Assembly: GCF_009914755.1 (NCBI RefSeq)
Contig: NC_060930.1
Strand: one strand, 5' to 3'
Source of the DNA: the human T2T-CHM13v2.0 reference genome, Homo sapiens
DNA: 64,000 nt
Of this stretch, positions 40,053 to 54,817 are shown in pieces. The notes beneath the pieces are model-generated. The model was not told the DNA's origin. It saw nothing but the letters and a program-made list of their open reading frames with translations, and did not search any database. The position numbers and the translations under genes are program-made. Every line of letters starts with the position of its first letter. Within the stretch, counting starts at the first letter, position 1.

Positions 40053-40525
40053 AAAAAAAATTGAAATCCTATAATTTGCAGCAACATGGATGAAACTGGA
40101 GGTCATTATGATAAGTGACATAAGCTAAGCACAGAAAGACAAATATTGTACATTTTCATCCATAGGTGAGAACTAACAAAGTTAATATGGGTGTAGAGAG
40201 TAGAATAATAACTACCAGAGACTGGCCAGGGTGTGTGTGTGGATGGGGAAAGATGAAGAGAGAGGTCGGTTAATGGTTACAAATATACAGTTAAATAGAT
40301 AAACTAAGACCTAGTGTTCGATAAATCAGTAGAGTGACTATCGTAAACAATAATCTATTGTATATTTCCAAACAGCTGGTAGAGAATAATGCAAATGTTC
40401 CCAGCATAAAGAAAAATTTTTAAGGTGATGAATATTCCAATTATATTGGCTTGATTATAACACATTATACGAATATAGCAAAATATCACATATACCCCCC
40501 AAAAGTATTTCTATTATATATCACA
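40053..40525 (+). mobile_element. L1MA-like 3' end
   Basis: gaaatcct..tttgcagcaacatggatgaaactggaggtcattatg, and aataatctattgtatatttc signatures. Confidence 0.8.
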
Positions 40526-41385
40526 AAAATACGAATCAGAAACCAAAGTAAAATTTATATTTTAATATAAAATGGATCAAGTTTTTCTGTTACATCACAG
40601 TTTTCTTTGGTGACATACTGCTCAGCTTGTCTAGGCTTGTTACATACATTGTGTCAAGGAATTAATTATATTGGCTGCACTTGTGATCTCTGCTTCAGCA
40701 ATTAATGCTGTTTTGATAAGTAAGCATCTTTTAGTGTTTATTATAAGCTATGTTCTAGCAATCTCTAATGAATTAGCAATCTGTAATACTCTCATTAGGT
40801 AGAAATTATTATTCCTAATGTACAGATAAGAACCTGGGACTCGAAAAGGTAAAATGACTTTCTAGTTTGTCTAATTGCAGAGTTTTTATATCTAATGCTG
40901 ATGCCTCTGTGATCCAGAATAATTGCCATAGAATTTCAGTCCCTAAATAAATTCCTTGACAAAAGCCTTCATTGGTTAAGTGAATTTAGTGTACATTTTA
41001 AAATAAAGTATGTTGTAGAAGTCCCTTCTTGACAGTTTTCAATGCATATTAGCATACTAAAGCCTCCAAGAAGTACTGCTAAAAGAAGTAATTGTTTAAC
41101 CCAGCATTTCCCAAATTAATTTAGCCATAAGGCTTTTTAGAAAAACACAATCAGCACTCCTTATAGCCAGCATTCCATAATTCCATAGAATATGTTTTAG
41201 GGAACTCTGTTCTGAACTTACATTCTGCCCTGTTTTAAAATACCTGATATTTCTATAAACCATATAATCCTGTAAGAAAGGCACCAAAGTGCTACTATGT
41301 CACAAGAACTCAATGAACAGTTCATTTATATGGCATTATAGCATCTTACCGATAGAGGTAATAATCCCTATGGCAAAAGTAGTAA

Positions 41386-41386
<1 letters not shown>

Positions 41387-41424
<38 letters not shown>
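41387..41424. repeat. (GT)n microsatellite
   Basis: Seen directly in the sequence. Confidence 0.95.
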
Positions 41425-41425
<1 letters not shown>

Positions 41426-41839
41426 CCTTTGGTTTCTGAAGATAACCCTAGAGAAGTAGAAAGTTTACACCAAGTCTGAAGGCAAGTGCTGTTAAAAAAA
41501 ACAAACATCCCTTAATGAGCTTGATTTTCACCTTGAATAGTGTACTACTGTGAAAAGTTTAAGAAAACAAGGTCATTGGTTGGGGGGTGTCTATTTAACT
41601 AGTACAAAATAGGATTTAACATATACCAAAGAATTTACTTTCTTTAAATCTCAGTCGCTGGTTTTAATTTTAGTACCTATTGCCTGTGTCTGTACATGGC
41701 TCATGTAACATACTACATTATTTCCTACCACTCTTAGCTCAAATGTCAGTTTCTAGACAGACCCTACACTTTCTATTCCCTGTCCTTGAACTCTACCCTC
41801 TGTCAACTAGATATTTAAACAAACGCTTGGTAATGAGTG

Positions 41840-41863
41840 TGATGATGATGATGATGATGATGA
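41840..41863. repeat. (TGA)8 microsatellite
   Basis: Seen directly. It produces the poly-Met run in ORF 41680..41904. Confidence 0.9.
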
Positions 41864-41944
41864 CAATGATGGTTTTAGATGCAAAGTTATGGACATACAC
41901 CTAACATAATATCATACTAAGTGCCTTTTTTTTCTAAATGTCTT

Positions 41945-42323
41945 TGTATTAGTCCCCTTTCATACTGCCATAAAAAACTTCCCAAGCCTGGGTAATTTAT
42001 AAAGGAAAGAGGTTTCATTGACTCACAGTTCAGCATGGCTGGGGAGGCCTCAGGAGACTTACAATCATGGCGGAAGCCAAAGGGGAAACAACGCACCTTC
42101 TTCACAAGGTGGCAAAAAGGAGAAGTGCCGAGCGAAGCGGGAAGAGCCCCCTGTAAAACCATCATATCTCGTAAGAACGAACTCACTATCACGAGAACAG
42201 CATGGGGGAAACCGCCTCCATAATCCAATTACCTCCACCTGGTCTTTCCCTTGACACGTGGGGATTATGGGGTTTATAATTCAAGATGAGATCTGGGTGA
42301 AGACACAAAGCCTCATCATATCA
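41945..42323 (-). mobile_element. THE1D-like solo LTR (ERVL-MaLR)
   Basis: TG...CA termini. ctgggtaatttataaaggaaagaggttt, gactcacagttcagcatggctggggaggcctcagg and cttgacacgtggggattatgggg signatures. Confidence 0.88.
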
Positions 42324-44040
42324 CTTTTTCATTTTTAATACAATTGCAAAATGAGTCAAATACACTGTTCTATTTTATAGTCACAGCATAGAGTAATGAG
42401 CAAACCTAGGCTGGTCACTGCTATGTTATTCTTATAAGGAAAAGGAAAATTCAGCTTTCCATTCCAGCTTGCTGGTATTTCCATTTCACTAGGCTATAAA
42501 TAAAACGAACACTAGAGTTAAAAAACTTGAATGTTTTTCTCTTTCTAGTGATAAGTGTAATTAGTAATTTGTTTTAAAGATATTTTTAAACCCTTTAAAT
42601 GATTTAATTGAGGTCAGTAACCTATGTAACAAACAGCACGTTAGAGACACAACAATGGCTAAAACTCCTCATTTTCTCTAAAAATTAATTAAAATTATTT
42701 TCTCTAAATATAAGAAATGCCAAACTGAGCTAAAATAAATAAGACAATACTTATTTTTAATAGAACCATCTATAATTTCTACCTATAGAATACTTTTAAA
42801 GGTTCTAAACTAAGGCATTTAACAGTGTCAGGCACAAATTGTTACCAATCAAATGAACTAAATTAATATGCTTTTATTTGCTATTTTATTACTAATTTTT
42901 TACAGTGGGTGAATACTACTTTTTCTGTGTCCTAAACTACTTAAAGTACATAAAATATACTTTTATAATATACTAGAACTTACTGTTTCCCAGACTTAAG
43001 ACTGAGTCATTAGAGTAAGCTACACACTAGAGTGGAACAAAATTTAGCTTAATCTGAATTTCATGATTTGGTTTAAAATAAACCAAATTTTACTTTGCCT
43101 TCTAACTTTGTAACATTTTAAAGCTTATTCAGGTCACGATGCAATGAAAATAAAAAACAATTGACAAATGTACTTTGTGTTAATTCTGTTTAAACACTTG
43201 TCCACCTAGAAACTTTAGAGGTTTTCATACAGAATACAAAAATGCTATTACCTTTCCAGTCTTAAGCTAATAATTGTAATACAATTCACAATTTAAATTC
43301 TAAACTAACATGCCATCTGTTGCTATGAATCTAAAAATGTTGCCATATTTGGAAACTTTTATTATATTAAAGCATGAAAATTTGGATTTCTGAACAACCA
43401 GTAACTTGTAAAAAAGCTCTAATTTCTACTTTCAGAATACGTTTAGGATTCATATGTTCTTGTGATTCCAAAGAATTTGAAGTCCAGTGGAGCACAAAAT
43501 TAAAACCAATTTTAAAAGTATTTAACTTTAATAGAAATTGGCACAAGCATTCATAAATCTTAACTAATTTTGTTATCCTCCTTTAAATCAATTTCTTTAC
43601 ATGGTAGTCCAGTTAGTAAGTTGCTAAGTTACTAGTTGTTAACTTGCCAGTTAATAAGTCCAGCTGCTAAGACAACTCAGCAATTAATGTGTATTAGAAT
43701 TGGATTTCTTCAAATGTGCTCTAACTATATGGCCTACATTGGTCATTTATCAGAATATACAACTTACATGCCTCTTCGCATTAACACATCATAATGGATT
43801 CAAAGGTTTACCTTTAATAAGTTTAATTTAAAACTTAAATAAGTTTTAAATATGAAACAAGTTTAAATGCTATAAAACAAGAGTTAATATATGTAAATAA
43901 CCTAAAGGCTTACTTTATATTCCATCGCAGACTTTGTCTTAAAATATCTGGTAGTTATAAGATAGGGTGAAAATAGATGCATTTTCAAAAACTGGGGCTT
44001 ATTTCATGAAGGAAATTTGGCTTAATAATTAGAGCTTTCA

Positions 44041-44380
<340 letters not shown>

Positions 44381-44614
44381 TAGAGCTTGCATGTTAACTA
44401 AGTTCAAGGTAATTGCTTTATAGTCTCAAATTTTAAAATATTAAAAACATAAAGTTAACATTTATATGAGTAAGAATTATGTCTGGTTCTCTTTTCTATA
44501 AAGCCATCTATCTACTTACATTTTAGAGCTTATACTTTAAATTTTTTTAATTATAAAAGTGATATATATGCAGAGCTTGAAAAAGTCAAACCTTGTTTTA
44601 AAAGATTTAAACCA

Positions 44615-46725
<2,111 letters not shown>

Positions 46726-47008
46726 TAAAATTAGTGAACTCTAGGGCACCCAAAGACATCTCAAAATCTTTTTAAGCTGTACTAAATATTTGAGATTTTA
46801 ATAGTAAGCAACTTACAAACATCTCCCTCTCATTATCAATTAATGAAAAGCCTCCCATTCCTAATAAACAAAATTTAAGGCTTTTAAGTTTGTATAGCAA
46901 ATGTTTTCCACTCTCTTCCAGTTACCAACCCTTGCTATGCAATAGAAAATATTTCTAGACTATCGAGCCTGTGCATATCTTCCCTTCTCTTTCGCCTCAA
47001 AATACCTA

Positions 47009-47150
47009 CTTTAGCACGTATCCGAATCACCTGGAGGGCTTGTTAAAACAGATTGCCGGGCACCCCTTCCTGTTTCCAATTCAGTAGAGGCAAAGCCCAT
47101 GAATTTGTATTATCACATGTTCCCAGTGATGTTGATGTTGCTACTCTAGG
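47009..47150. mobile_element. MER5A relic
   Basis: gaatcacctggagggcttgttaaaacagattgccgggc signature. Confidence 0.75.
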
Positions 47151-47471
47151 AATCAATAAAATTATCCTCAATTTCTTTCCCTCAGTTTAAGAAAATTAAG
47201 TAGCACTTCTTTCCTTTCCAACAAGTTTAAATTTGTACTCTTGGTTTTATCTTCCTTCTCATTCTACCGTTATTTCTGTATTTCCAGCATCTCAGTCTCT
47301 TTCTATATGCATTGACTCCTCTCTGCCTTCTAGATGCACAGACCTCCTTTTTCAAAAATATATATAAAACAAATACACCGTCTATTTAAAAGTTACCATC
47401 TATGTCTCTCATAAATCTGTTCACTGCCAAATTTCTAGGTAAAATATCCTTGAACCAAAACCTCTACATTC

Positions 47472-47775
<304 letters not shown>

Positions 47776-48479
47776 AAAATCTCTACATTCTATTACTTCT
47801 CTCCATTACTTAGATCATCTTTCAGAGTCCAAGCAGGAAACAGACAGCACTTTCAACTTGGGAGAATTATTATTAAATTATTTATAAAAGTCTGGGTAGG
47901 ATGTAGGAAAACCACAATGGATACTGCAGTTAGTTGGGCTAGATACAACGCAAGATCCTTTGCCATTCTTAGGCCTGAGGGTGTGGGAAAGCAACATCCC
48001 CAGAAGCTGGAGAGATTGTCATACGGAGAGAGCTGCCCGACAGGAGCTGTGACCTTCCCGATTGTGGCTCATAACAACATCATGAGAGAGGGCAGAAAAA
48101 AAAGCTTCATTCTCTTTCTCCTGCCAACACGCCAATATTCTGCTGGTGCTCCAAATGGTTATCAAGCCTGTGCATATCTTTCTCTTACGGCTCAAAATAC
48201 CTACTTTAGTACACATCAGAATCACTTGGAGGGTGATAACTGGATGTCAGAGGGAAAATAAGCTGGTTGGTAAAGTCCTAGAGATTAATTTCACAAGATA
48301 TAGTAGAGAACAAAGGATGGATCTGCAAATAAGCAATATCCCTTACCATATGGTCCATCTCTTTTGTTCCTCAGATTCTTATCCTTTATTTAGGTAGACA
48401 CATTTATGTCCTCAACACAGGAAACATACAATCATACAAAGTCCTACAAGCTACTATTTCATAAGATTGATGTCAATTT

Positions 48480-49530
48480 AGTCATATTCTTCTCCTGTAC
48501 ACATGGAACATTCTCCAAGACAGCACATATACTAGACTATAAAAGATATTTCAACAAACTTAAAAGGACTGAAACAATACAAAATAAGTTCTCCAAATTT
48601 AACAAAATTAAATTAGCAATCAATAACAAACACATATTTGGTAAGAATTCCCAAATACTTGAAAATTAAACAATATACTTTTAAGTAATCCATAGTTCAA
48701 AGAAGAAATCAAGATGAAATTTAAAAATATTTTGAACTGAATGAAAATAAAAACATGACATATACAAATTTATGAGATGCAGCTAAAGCAGTGCTTAGAG
48801 GGAAATCTATAGGTCTACATGCCTGTATTTGAGAAAAAGAGAACTCTCTAAGCCTGAATGTATAGAAAAGAACAGCAAATTAAAGCTAAAGGAAGCAGAA
48901 AATAATAATAAAGAGAACAGAACCAAAGAAAAAGAAAAGAGAGCAGAGAAAAATCAATGAACCCCAAGCTGGTTCTTTGACTTCAATAACTTCTTTGACA
49001 ACTTCAATGTTGACTGATATGGTTAAAGAAAAAAAAGAGAGAGAGAGAAAATAAAGATTACCAAAATTACAAAAGTAGGGAGGAACTTGACCACCAAACC
49101 TTATGAAATTAAAAGGACTGTAAGGCACTACTATGAACAAACTAGACAACTAAGATGAACCAGATAAATTCCTAGAAAGAACAAATTATTGAAACTGAAT
49201 AAAGAACATATAGAAAATCTCAACAGGCCTGTAATATGTAAAGAAATAGAAAAAATAATAATAATTTAAAATCTTCCCACAAAGAAAATCCCACACCTGG
49301 ATGATTCCACTAGTTAATTCTATCAAATATTTAAATAAGAAATAATACCAATCATTTATGAACACTTCCATAAAAGTGAATCCTTCCCAATTCACTCTAT
49401 AAGGCTGCTATTACAGTGATACCAGAGTAAAAGATAGGAAAAAAAAAGGAAAAGAAAAAGAAAACCACAGACCGATATCTCTCATGAATACAGATGCAAA
49501 AGTCTTCATTGAAATGTTAGCAAATCAAAT
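48480..49530 (+). mobile_element. Old L1M ORF2 fragment
   Basis: Translates to L1-like THGTFSKTAHILDYK and MNTDAKVFIEMLANQIQ. Confidence 0.85.
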
Positions 49531-50037
49531 CCAGGACCTCTTTCTGAAGTGCTGTCATGGTCCACTTCTTGACTTACTGGTAAATTACTTAGCTAAATAT
49601 TTTTGTCTTGTGCACTTACCTCTTTATGTTATGGTTCAAGATTTTAAAAGATTTAAACATACACATATACAAGAAAGAAAAGAATGCCTAGTCTATGTTC
49701 TCAAAGTACAAGTAATTTAGTAAAAGACTAGATTAATAGAAAAACAAAAGTAATGGCAGAATATGACAAGTACCCTGAAAGGTATAGGGTTACAAGGAAA
49801 TGAGAACATAGCTGATCCATGTATGCTACTGTTTTTATGTTACTTTATGTTTGAGGGTGTATGGAGGGAAACCAGAAAAACTATAAAGGAAAGAGAATTT
49901 TGATTGCCTTAATTATGGATAGGTAGAATTTTATCTGAAGAAAAAGAAAAATTTAGGTAGAGATCAGCATGAGCAAAGCTTGAACCATATTTGGGAGAAA
50001 CATCAGGTCAAGTTTGGCTCCACCACTATATGTACAA

Positions 50038-50326
50038 TTTTTTTTTGAGATGGGGTCTCACTCTGTCACCCAGGCTGGAGCACAGTGGCATGATGTTGGT
50101 TCACTGCAACCTCCGCCTCCCTGACTCAGGTGATCCTCCTACCTCAGCCTCCTAAGTAGCTGGGATTACAGGCGCCCACTACCACATTTGGCTAATTTTT
50201 GTATTTTTAGTAAAGACGGGGTTTCACCATGTTGGTCAGCCTGGTCTTGAACTCCTGGCCTCAAGTGATCCACCAGCATCGCCCTCCCAGAGTACTGGAA
50301 TTATAGCATGAGCACCACGCCCGGCC
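50038..50326 (-). mobile_element. AluS
   Basis: Reverse-complement Alu dimer. Confidence 0.93.
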
Positions 50327-50731
50327 AGCTTTCTTCAATTTATAAAATGAAGAGAATATACATTAAAATTAATCAATAAGGCTTCAGATCTAAAATTTTA
50401 TGAAAGAGCTATTTACACCTTATCATGAACAAATATATACACCCTGGCCTCCAAAACAGTTAAAGGGAATCAACCCAGACATAACTAGCAATGCTTTCTC
50501 AAATGACTGGATATTGCTCCTATATAAAGCTAGGTTTTCTTAAATTTATTTTAAAAACCATCTCTTTAGGACTTGAAGAAGAGTCCTGAATCCCAATATT
50601 TTGTCAACAAATTTGACTTTACCTGATTAGCAGTCTTCTTGATTTTGCAAGTTTTAAGCATATTCTGCCTCTGACATACCCTTATCCCAATGTCCTACCC
50701 AACCATCGCTTTTTCAGGCTGAAGAGTTCTG

Positions 50732-50825
50732 CCAGGAGGCAAAGGTTGCAGTCAGCCAAGATCCTGCCACTGCACTCCAGTCTGAGTGATGGAGTGAGAT
50801 TGTGCCTCAATTAAAAAAAAAAAAA
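50732..50825 (+). mobile_element. 5'-truncated Alu (3' ~95 bp)
   Basis: TSD AAGAGTTCTG (50722-50731 / 50826-50835). Confidence 0.88.
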
Positions 50826-51379
50826 AAGAGTTCTGTAATTGTTTTCATAAATCTTAAAGATCTCTCTATCCCACTGATATTTTAAATTTGTCATTTCCAG
50901 TATTTATTCAATTCTATCAGGTCTTTTTGAGGTTATGGAATTAGAGATGAATACTGTAGCAGAATAATGTTATTTTGTTAGGGGAGAAAGAAAACCCTTA
51001 TCACTTTCCTGGGCTTTTTGACAGCAATGTGTCAGATAGCTATCTTCATGGAATTATTTATGAAGAAATACAGTTTATGACAGTGTTTCTCTTTAACTTT
51101 ACTAGCAAAAGAACTCCTTTTTTCCCAATAAAATTATATATAATACCTCACTACATAAAACAGACCATAAAGTGCAACTGCTCTGGTTGTAGTTTGTAAC
51201 TGCCTAAAGCCTCACAGATGCGGTTCAGCTCTTGCCCCTCTTTCACACCCCATCCAACAAAGACCCCCAAGAGTGCTTCCCAGGCAGCACGGAGGACAGC
51301 AAGAAAATCATCACTTTACAGCATCTGTAAATATTAAAGATGTCAACATATACAGAAGAATCAAAGCTTCAAATGAAAT

Positions 51380-52820
51380 CAATTACTTCAAAAGGCTTCT
51401 TTACTGCAACATCAATAGAACATTTATAAAATTCATTTCTCAATTTACTCAAACACACATACAAAAATTCACAAGTTCATATTTAGAAAACTGCCTTTTT
51501 AAATCCGTCTTAGAATAAATACAGCATCAACTTAACCATATACTGGCCACTAGTGTAGCACATCAGAAAAAATAATTATTAACTCTTTCCATAATAAATG
51601 TCAATATAGTAAAAAATGTCAAGCACACATTAGTGAAATGGATCAAGATCATTTTTTATTGCACATCTGCTTACATGTCTGCTGCTTTTGGGCAGAGTTA
51701 AACCTGACATATTGAGTCAGTTTCCGTCATTTTACATCAACTAAATTATAGCAGTGAATTGCTTATGTGTCTCCCAGGCTTACCTTCCAGAAACTAGAAC
51801 ATTAACCTTTCCAATTTATCTAGGTACTGAAGCACAAATTTAACATTTGTTTTTGCAAAATTTAAACACTCAGAAACAAACCAAACAACATCCTATACAG
51901 AAAACAATTTTTATGTCTAGATATACAATTGAGGTTCAGAGAACTTCTGATTATACAGTATTGTAAAGGTAATGATAATCCAACCCTCTTCCAAACTATT
52001 TAATTCCTGTATATGTAATTAAGCATTTATTTTCAGAAATTTTAACACTTTCAGCAATTGATTCTCTCACAATTAGGCATTTTTAAGATCCTCCATCCCA
52101 CCAAAAATAACCCACAATGACTCCAAATCTTGTTTTTCTTTTTTAAAACGCTATTCTCTTGGGACTAAACTGTTCAGAATAATCAGTATTCTTATTCCCT
52201 TTCCACTGTACTCTACTGCTCAATGCAAAATGGAGAATATGTGGTCCAAATAGAAATATGGCATTTGTGCAGGTCAAGCTTTGAAGAGACATGGACCACA
52301 TGATTAGCCTGATTTTTAAAAAGCAACAAGAATGGTGACACAACTATTACACCAAACACAAAATTCTGGCCATTAATGAATCAGAAGTAATAACTGATGC
52401 TCCTACTTTAAATTCATCAATGCCATATTTAAGAAGTCAAGCAACAACACATACTTGGCAAAATCTTCTAAATTCTCAAGTTATCAAACAAAAAAGTTAT
52501 TTTTAATACTTTACCCCCCTTATATCTTATGATTCAATCACTTATATTTTCCTTTGTTAGATTATTCAGAAGAAACAATTCTATTTAACCTTAATAAGTT
52601 TTTGTCTCACACATTTTATATAAAGTTACTAAAATCACAATTCTGAGAAATTTATTTTTAATCATACAAACATTATATGATTTAACTGCAGTAAAGAAAT
52701 TATATCTTTTCTTAATCTATTTAGAATGATATTACAAAATCTCTAAGACTCTTTTCCACAGCTTTTCTTTATATGAACAAACTCATAATTATGTAAAATG
52801 CATCTCAACTCCACAGTGAA
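51380..52820 (-). other. IBTK: IBTK 3'UTR (AU-rich, no recognisable interspersed repeats); 3' end approximate
   Basis: Follows the stop codon. Contains AATAAA hexamers (- strand) at 52651-52656, 52026-52031 and 51655-51660, and variants TATAAA/AGTAAA at ~51423 and 51400-51405. Confidence 0.8.
51610..51660 (-). terminator. Likely major IBTK polyadenylation signal
   Basis: AATAAA at 51660-51655 on the - strand, followed ~25 nt later by a GU/U-rich downstream element (tgtgtgcttgacatttttt). Confidence 0.7.
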
Positions 52821-52952
52821 CTAGCATCCATGCTTATTCCACATAGGTACTGCCAGTGGTCCCTGCGGTGTCCTTTCAACAATGACAAACTCTTCAGGGT
52901 TGCCAAATGCCTCATAGAAAACCAATAAATCTTGTATGGCATGCTCCTCAAT
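52821..52952 (-). CDS. IBTK: IBTK terminal coding exon: IEEHAIQDLLVFYEAFGNPEEFVIVERTPQGPLAVPMWNKHGC*
   Basis: Strong polypyrimidine tract and acceptor (cttcccttcctcctttcAG, 52954-52953). 43 codons plus a TAG stop at 52823-52821. Matches the IBTK C-terminus as I know it. Confidence 0.96.
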   Translation of the reverse strand: MEEHAIQDLLVFYEAFGNPEEFVIVERTPQGPLAVPMWNKHGC

Positions 52953-53009
52953 CTGAAAGGAGGAAGGGAAAGAAGACTCTTTACTCTTTTAATTATAAAC
53001 TAAGCAGGA

Positions 53010-53462
53010 TGTATTTGCCTTCCAATTTCCTTTTGAGGAACTATCACTTTCCATGGATACAATACAGTGAAATTAAATCAGGTATCCTGCATTTTAAATC
53101 AGGTATCCTGCTATCTCTGTGGCAAGGAGAAAGCTTGAGGTGTGAGGTAGAATCATGAGATACCCATGCGCTCTTCAATTTGAATCTTGAGCAGAAGGAA
53201 AAAGAAACTGAAAATGGTTGCTAAAATTCATTCATTCCAATAGCTTTATTCTGTGAGATACTTTCTGTTGTTGTACAAGTCTTCTAAATCTTGCTTCTGA
53301 GCTTTCCAGTGCTACTATGCGTCTTTTCTGTTTCCAAGCCTGGCTGTCTGGTCTTTCAGCTAAGTCTATGGAATCTTAATATCCCTCAAATAAATTATCT
53401 TTTCCTTAAGTTAGCCAGAGTGGGCTTCTGTTGCTTACAATCTTAGAATTCTTACTGATACA
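53010..53462. mobile_element. MLT1-type LTR relic filling much of the last IBTK intron
   Basis: Ends with aataaattatcttttccttaagttagccagagtgggcttctgttgcttacaa...ctgataca, typical of MLT1J/K. Confidence 0.65.
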
Positions 53463-53775
53463 GAAGCCAAGTGCAGCACTAGAGAATACTGCCAAATTCT
53501 CTACTGGTCATTTTAAAAAAACTAAAATAATCCAAAGTATCACCAAAGCAAAAATATAAGCTTTATCATAATTTATTAGTCATAAATTAATTGCCCTGAA
53601 TATCTACAACTAATACATACACTGCTAGATGCCTCAGTTTAATTTTACCTGGCATTTACATTTTAATTTCATAGATACAAGCACCTGTCCAAAACAAACA
53701 AACACGATTTTCTTAAAACCTAAGTAGGAAATGTAGTTCTTCTCTAAATTAAACCCTACTAAGTATGTTATTTAC

Positions 53776-53908
53776 CTGAATCAGAGCCAACGGTTTTTCT
53801 CGACTTCTAATAAGAGCTGCTTCTTGTTGTAGTTCTTCTTCTACAATAGATGCAAAAGTGACTGGGGCTACCATGGATGGAGCAGTCACTGAAGAAGATA
53901 GCCAGGGA
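53776..53908 (-). CDS. IBTK: IBTK penultimate exon (133 nt): PWLSSSVTAPSMVAPVTFASIVEEELQQEAALIRSREKPLALIQ
   Basis: Acceptor ttctttcAG (53910-53909) and donor GTaaat (53775-53774). Phase 2 to phase 0. Contained in ORF 53749..53958. Confidence 0.96.
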
Positions 53909-53925
53909 CTGAAAGAATAATAATA

Positions 53926-54190
53926 ATGAGTTTCATTCATCTTCCTAAATTTTTGCATGCAAAATTTTCTCTGAAATACTTTTTAGCAATGCTACAATTC
54001 TTTCCAGTGACCTACAATGAACGAACCTGGAAGCTTTCACAGAGATTACAGAATGATGAGTTTCACTCATCTTCCTAAATTTTTGCATGCAAAATTTTCT
54101 CTGAAATACTCTTTAGCAATGCTACAATTTTTTCCAGTGACCTACGATGAGCGAACCTGGAAGCTTTCGCAGAGATTACAGAATGATGAG
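53926..54190. repeat. 130-bp tandem duplication (2 copies)
   Basis: 53926-54055 vs 54056-54185, 6 mismatches, with ATGAG at all three boundaries. Confidence 0.97.
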
Positions 54191-54396
54191 GTGAGAAACA
54201 GAAAAACAGAAGAACTAATGTTTTATTTGGACCAGTATTAGAGAGAAAATTTTGGAAAGTACCAGGAAATGGGGAGGGAGCAGAAACAACATAACTGAAC
54301 AGAAAGGTAACTCAAACTACAGTACGGAGAGGATACAAGTAATACATTCTACTCAATACCATACTATTCCCAATTTCTTAACATTCTCTTATTCTC

Positions 54397-54681
54397 TTTT
54401 TTTTTTTTTTTTTTGTGTCGCCCCGGCTGGAGTACAGTGGCATGATCGCGGCTCAATGCAATCTCTGCCTCCCAGGTTCAAACGATTCTCCTGTCCTAGC
54501 TTCATGAGTAGCCGGCATCACAGGCATGCGCCACCATGCCCAGCTAAGTTTTGTATTTTTAGTAAAGACAGGGTTTTGCCATGTTGGCTAGGCTGGTCTT
54601 GAACTCCTGACCTCAGATGATCCACCCGCCTCAGTCTCCCAGAGTGCTGGGATTATAGGCATGAGCCACTGCACTCAGCCT
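54397..54681 (-). mobile_element. AluS
   Basis: Reverse-complement Alu dimer in an IBTK intron. Confidence 0.93.
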
Positions 54682-54745
54682 TAATGTTTTCAATGCTAAG
54701 CAGCAACTTAGCTTTGGAGGCCCATAACTTATCAATTAACCTTAC

Positions 54746-54817
54746 TTGGGACTGTCTAGAAGTGGTAAATCTGAAATATGGTTGCCTTCTGGTCCTGGGG
54801 TACCATGGGTAGAGCAT
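54746..54817 (-). CDS. IBTK: IBTK coding exon, 3rd from last (72 nt): (R)CSTHGTPGPEGNHISDLPLLDSP(N)
   Basis: Acceptor tttgttttgcAG (54819-54818) and donor GTAAG (54745-54741). AG+A gives Arg and AA+T gives Asn across the junctions. The ORF track does not show this frame. Confidence 0.95.

Noticed and set aside
43605-43690. Scrambled short motifs (cagtta, taag, agtccag)
   Set aside because: No consistent period or donor found; could be chance low complexity.
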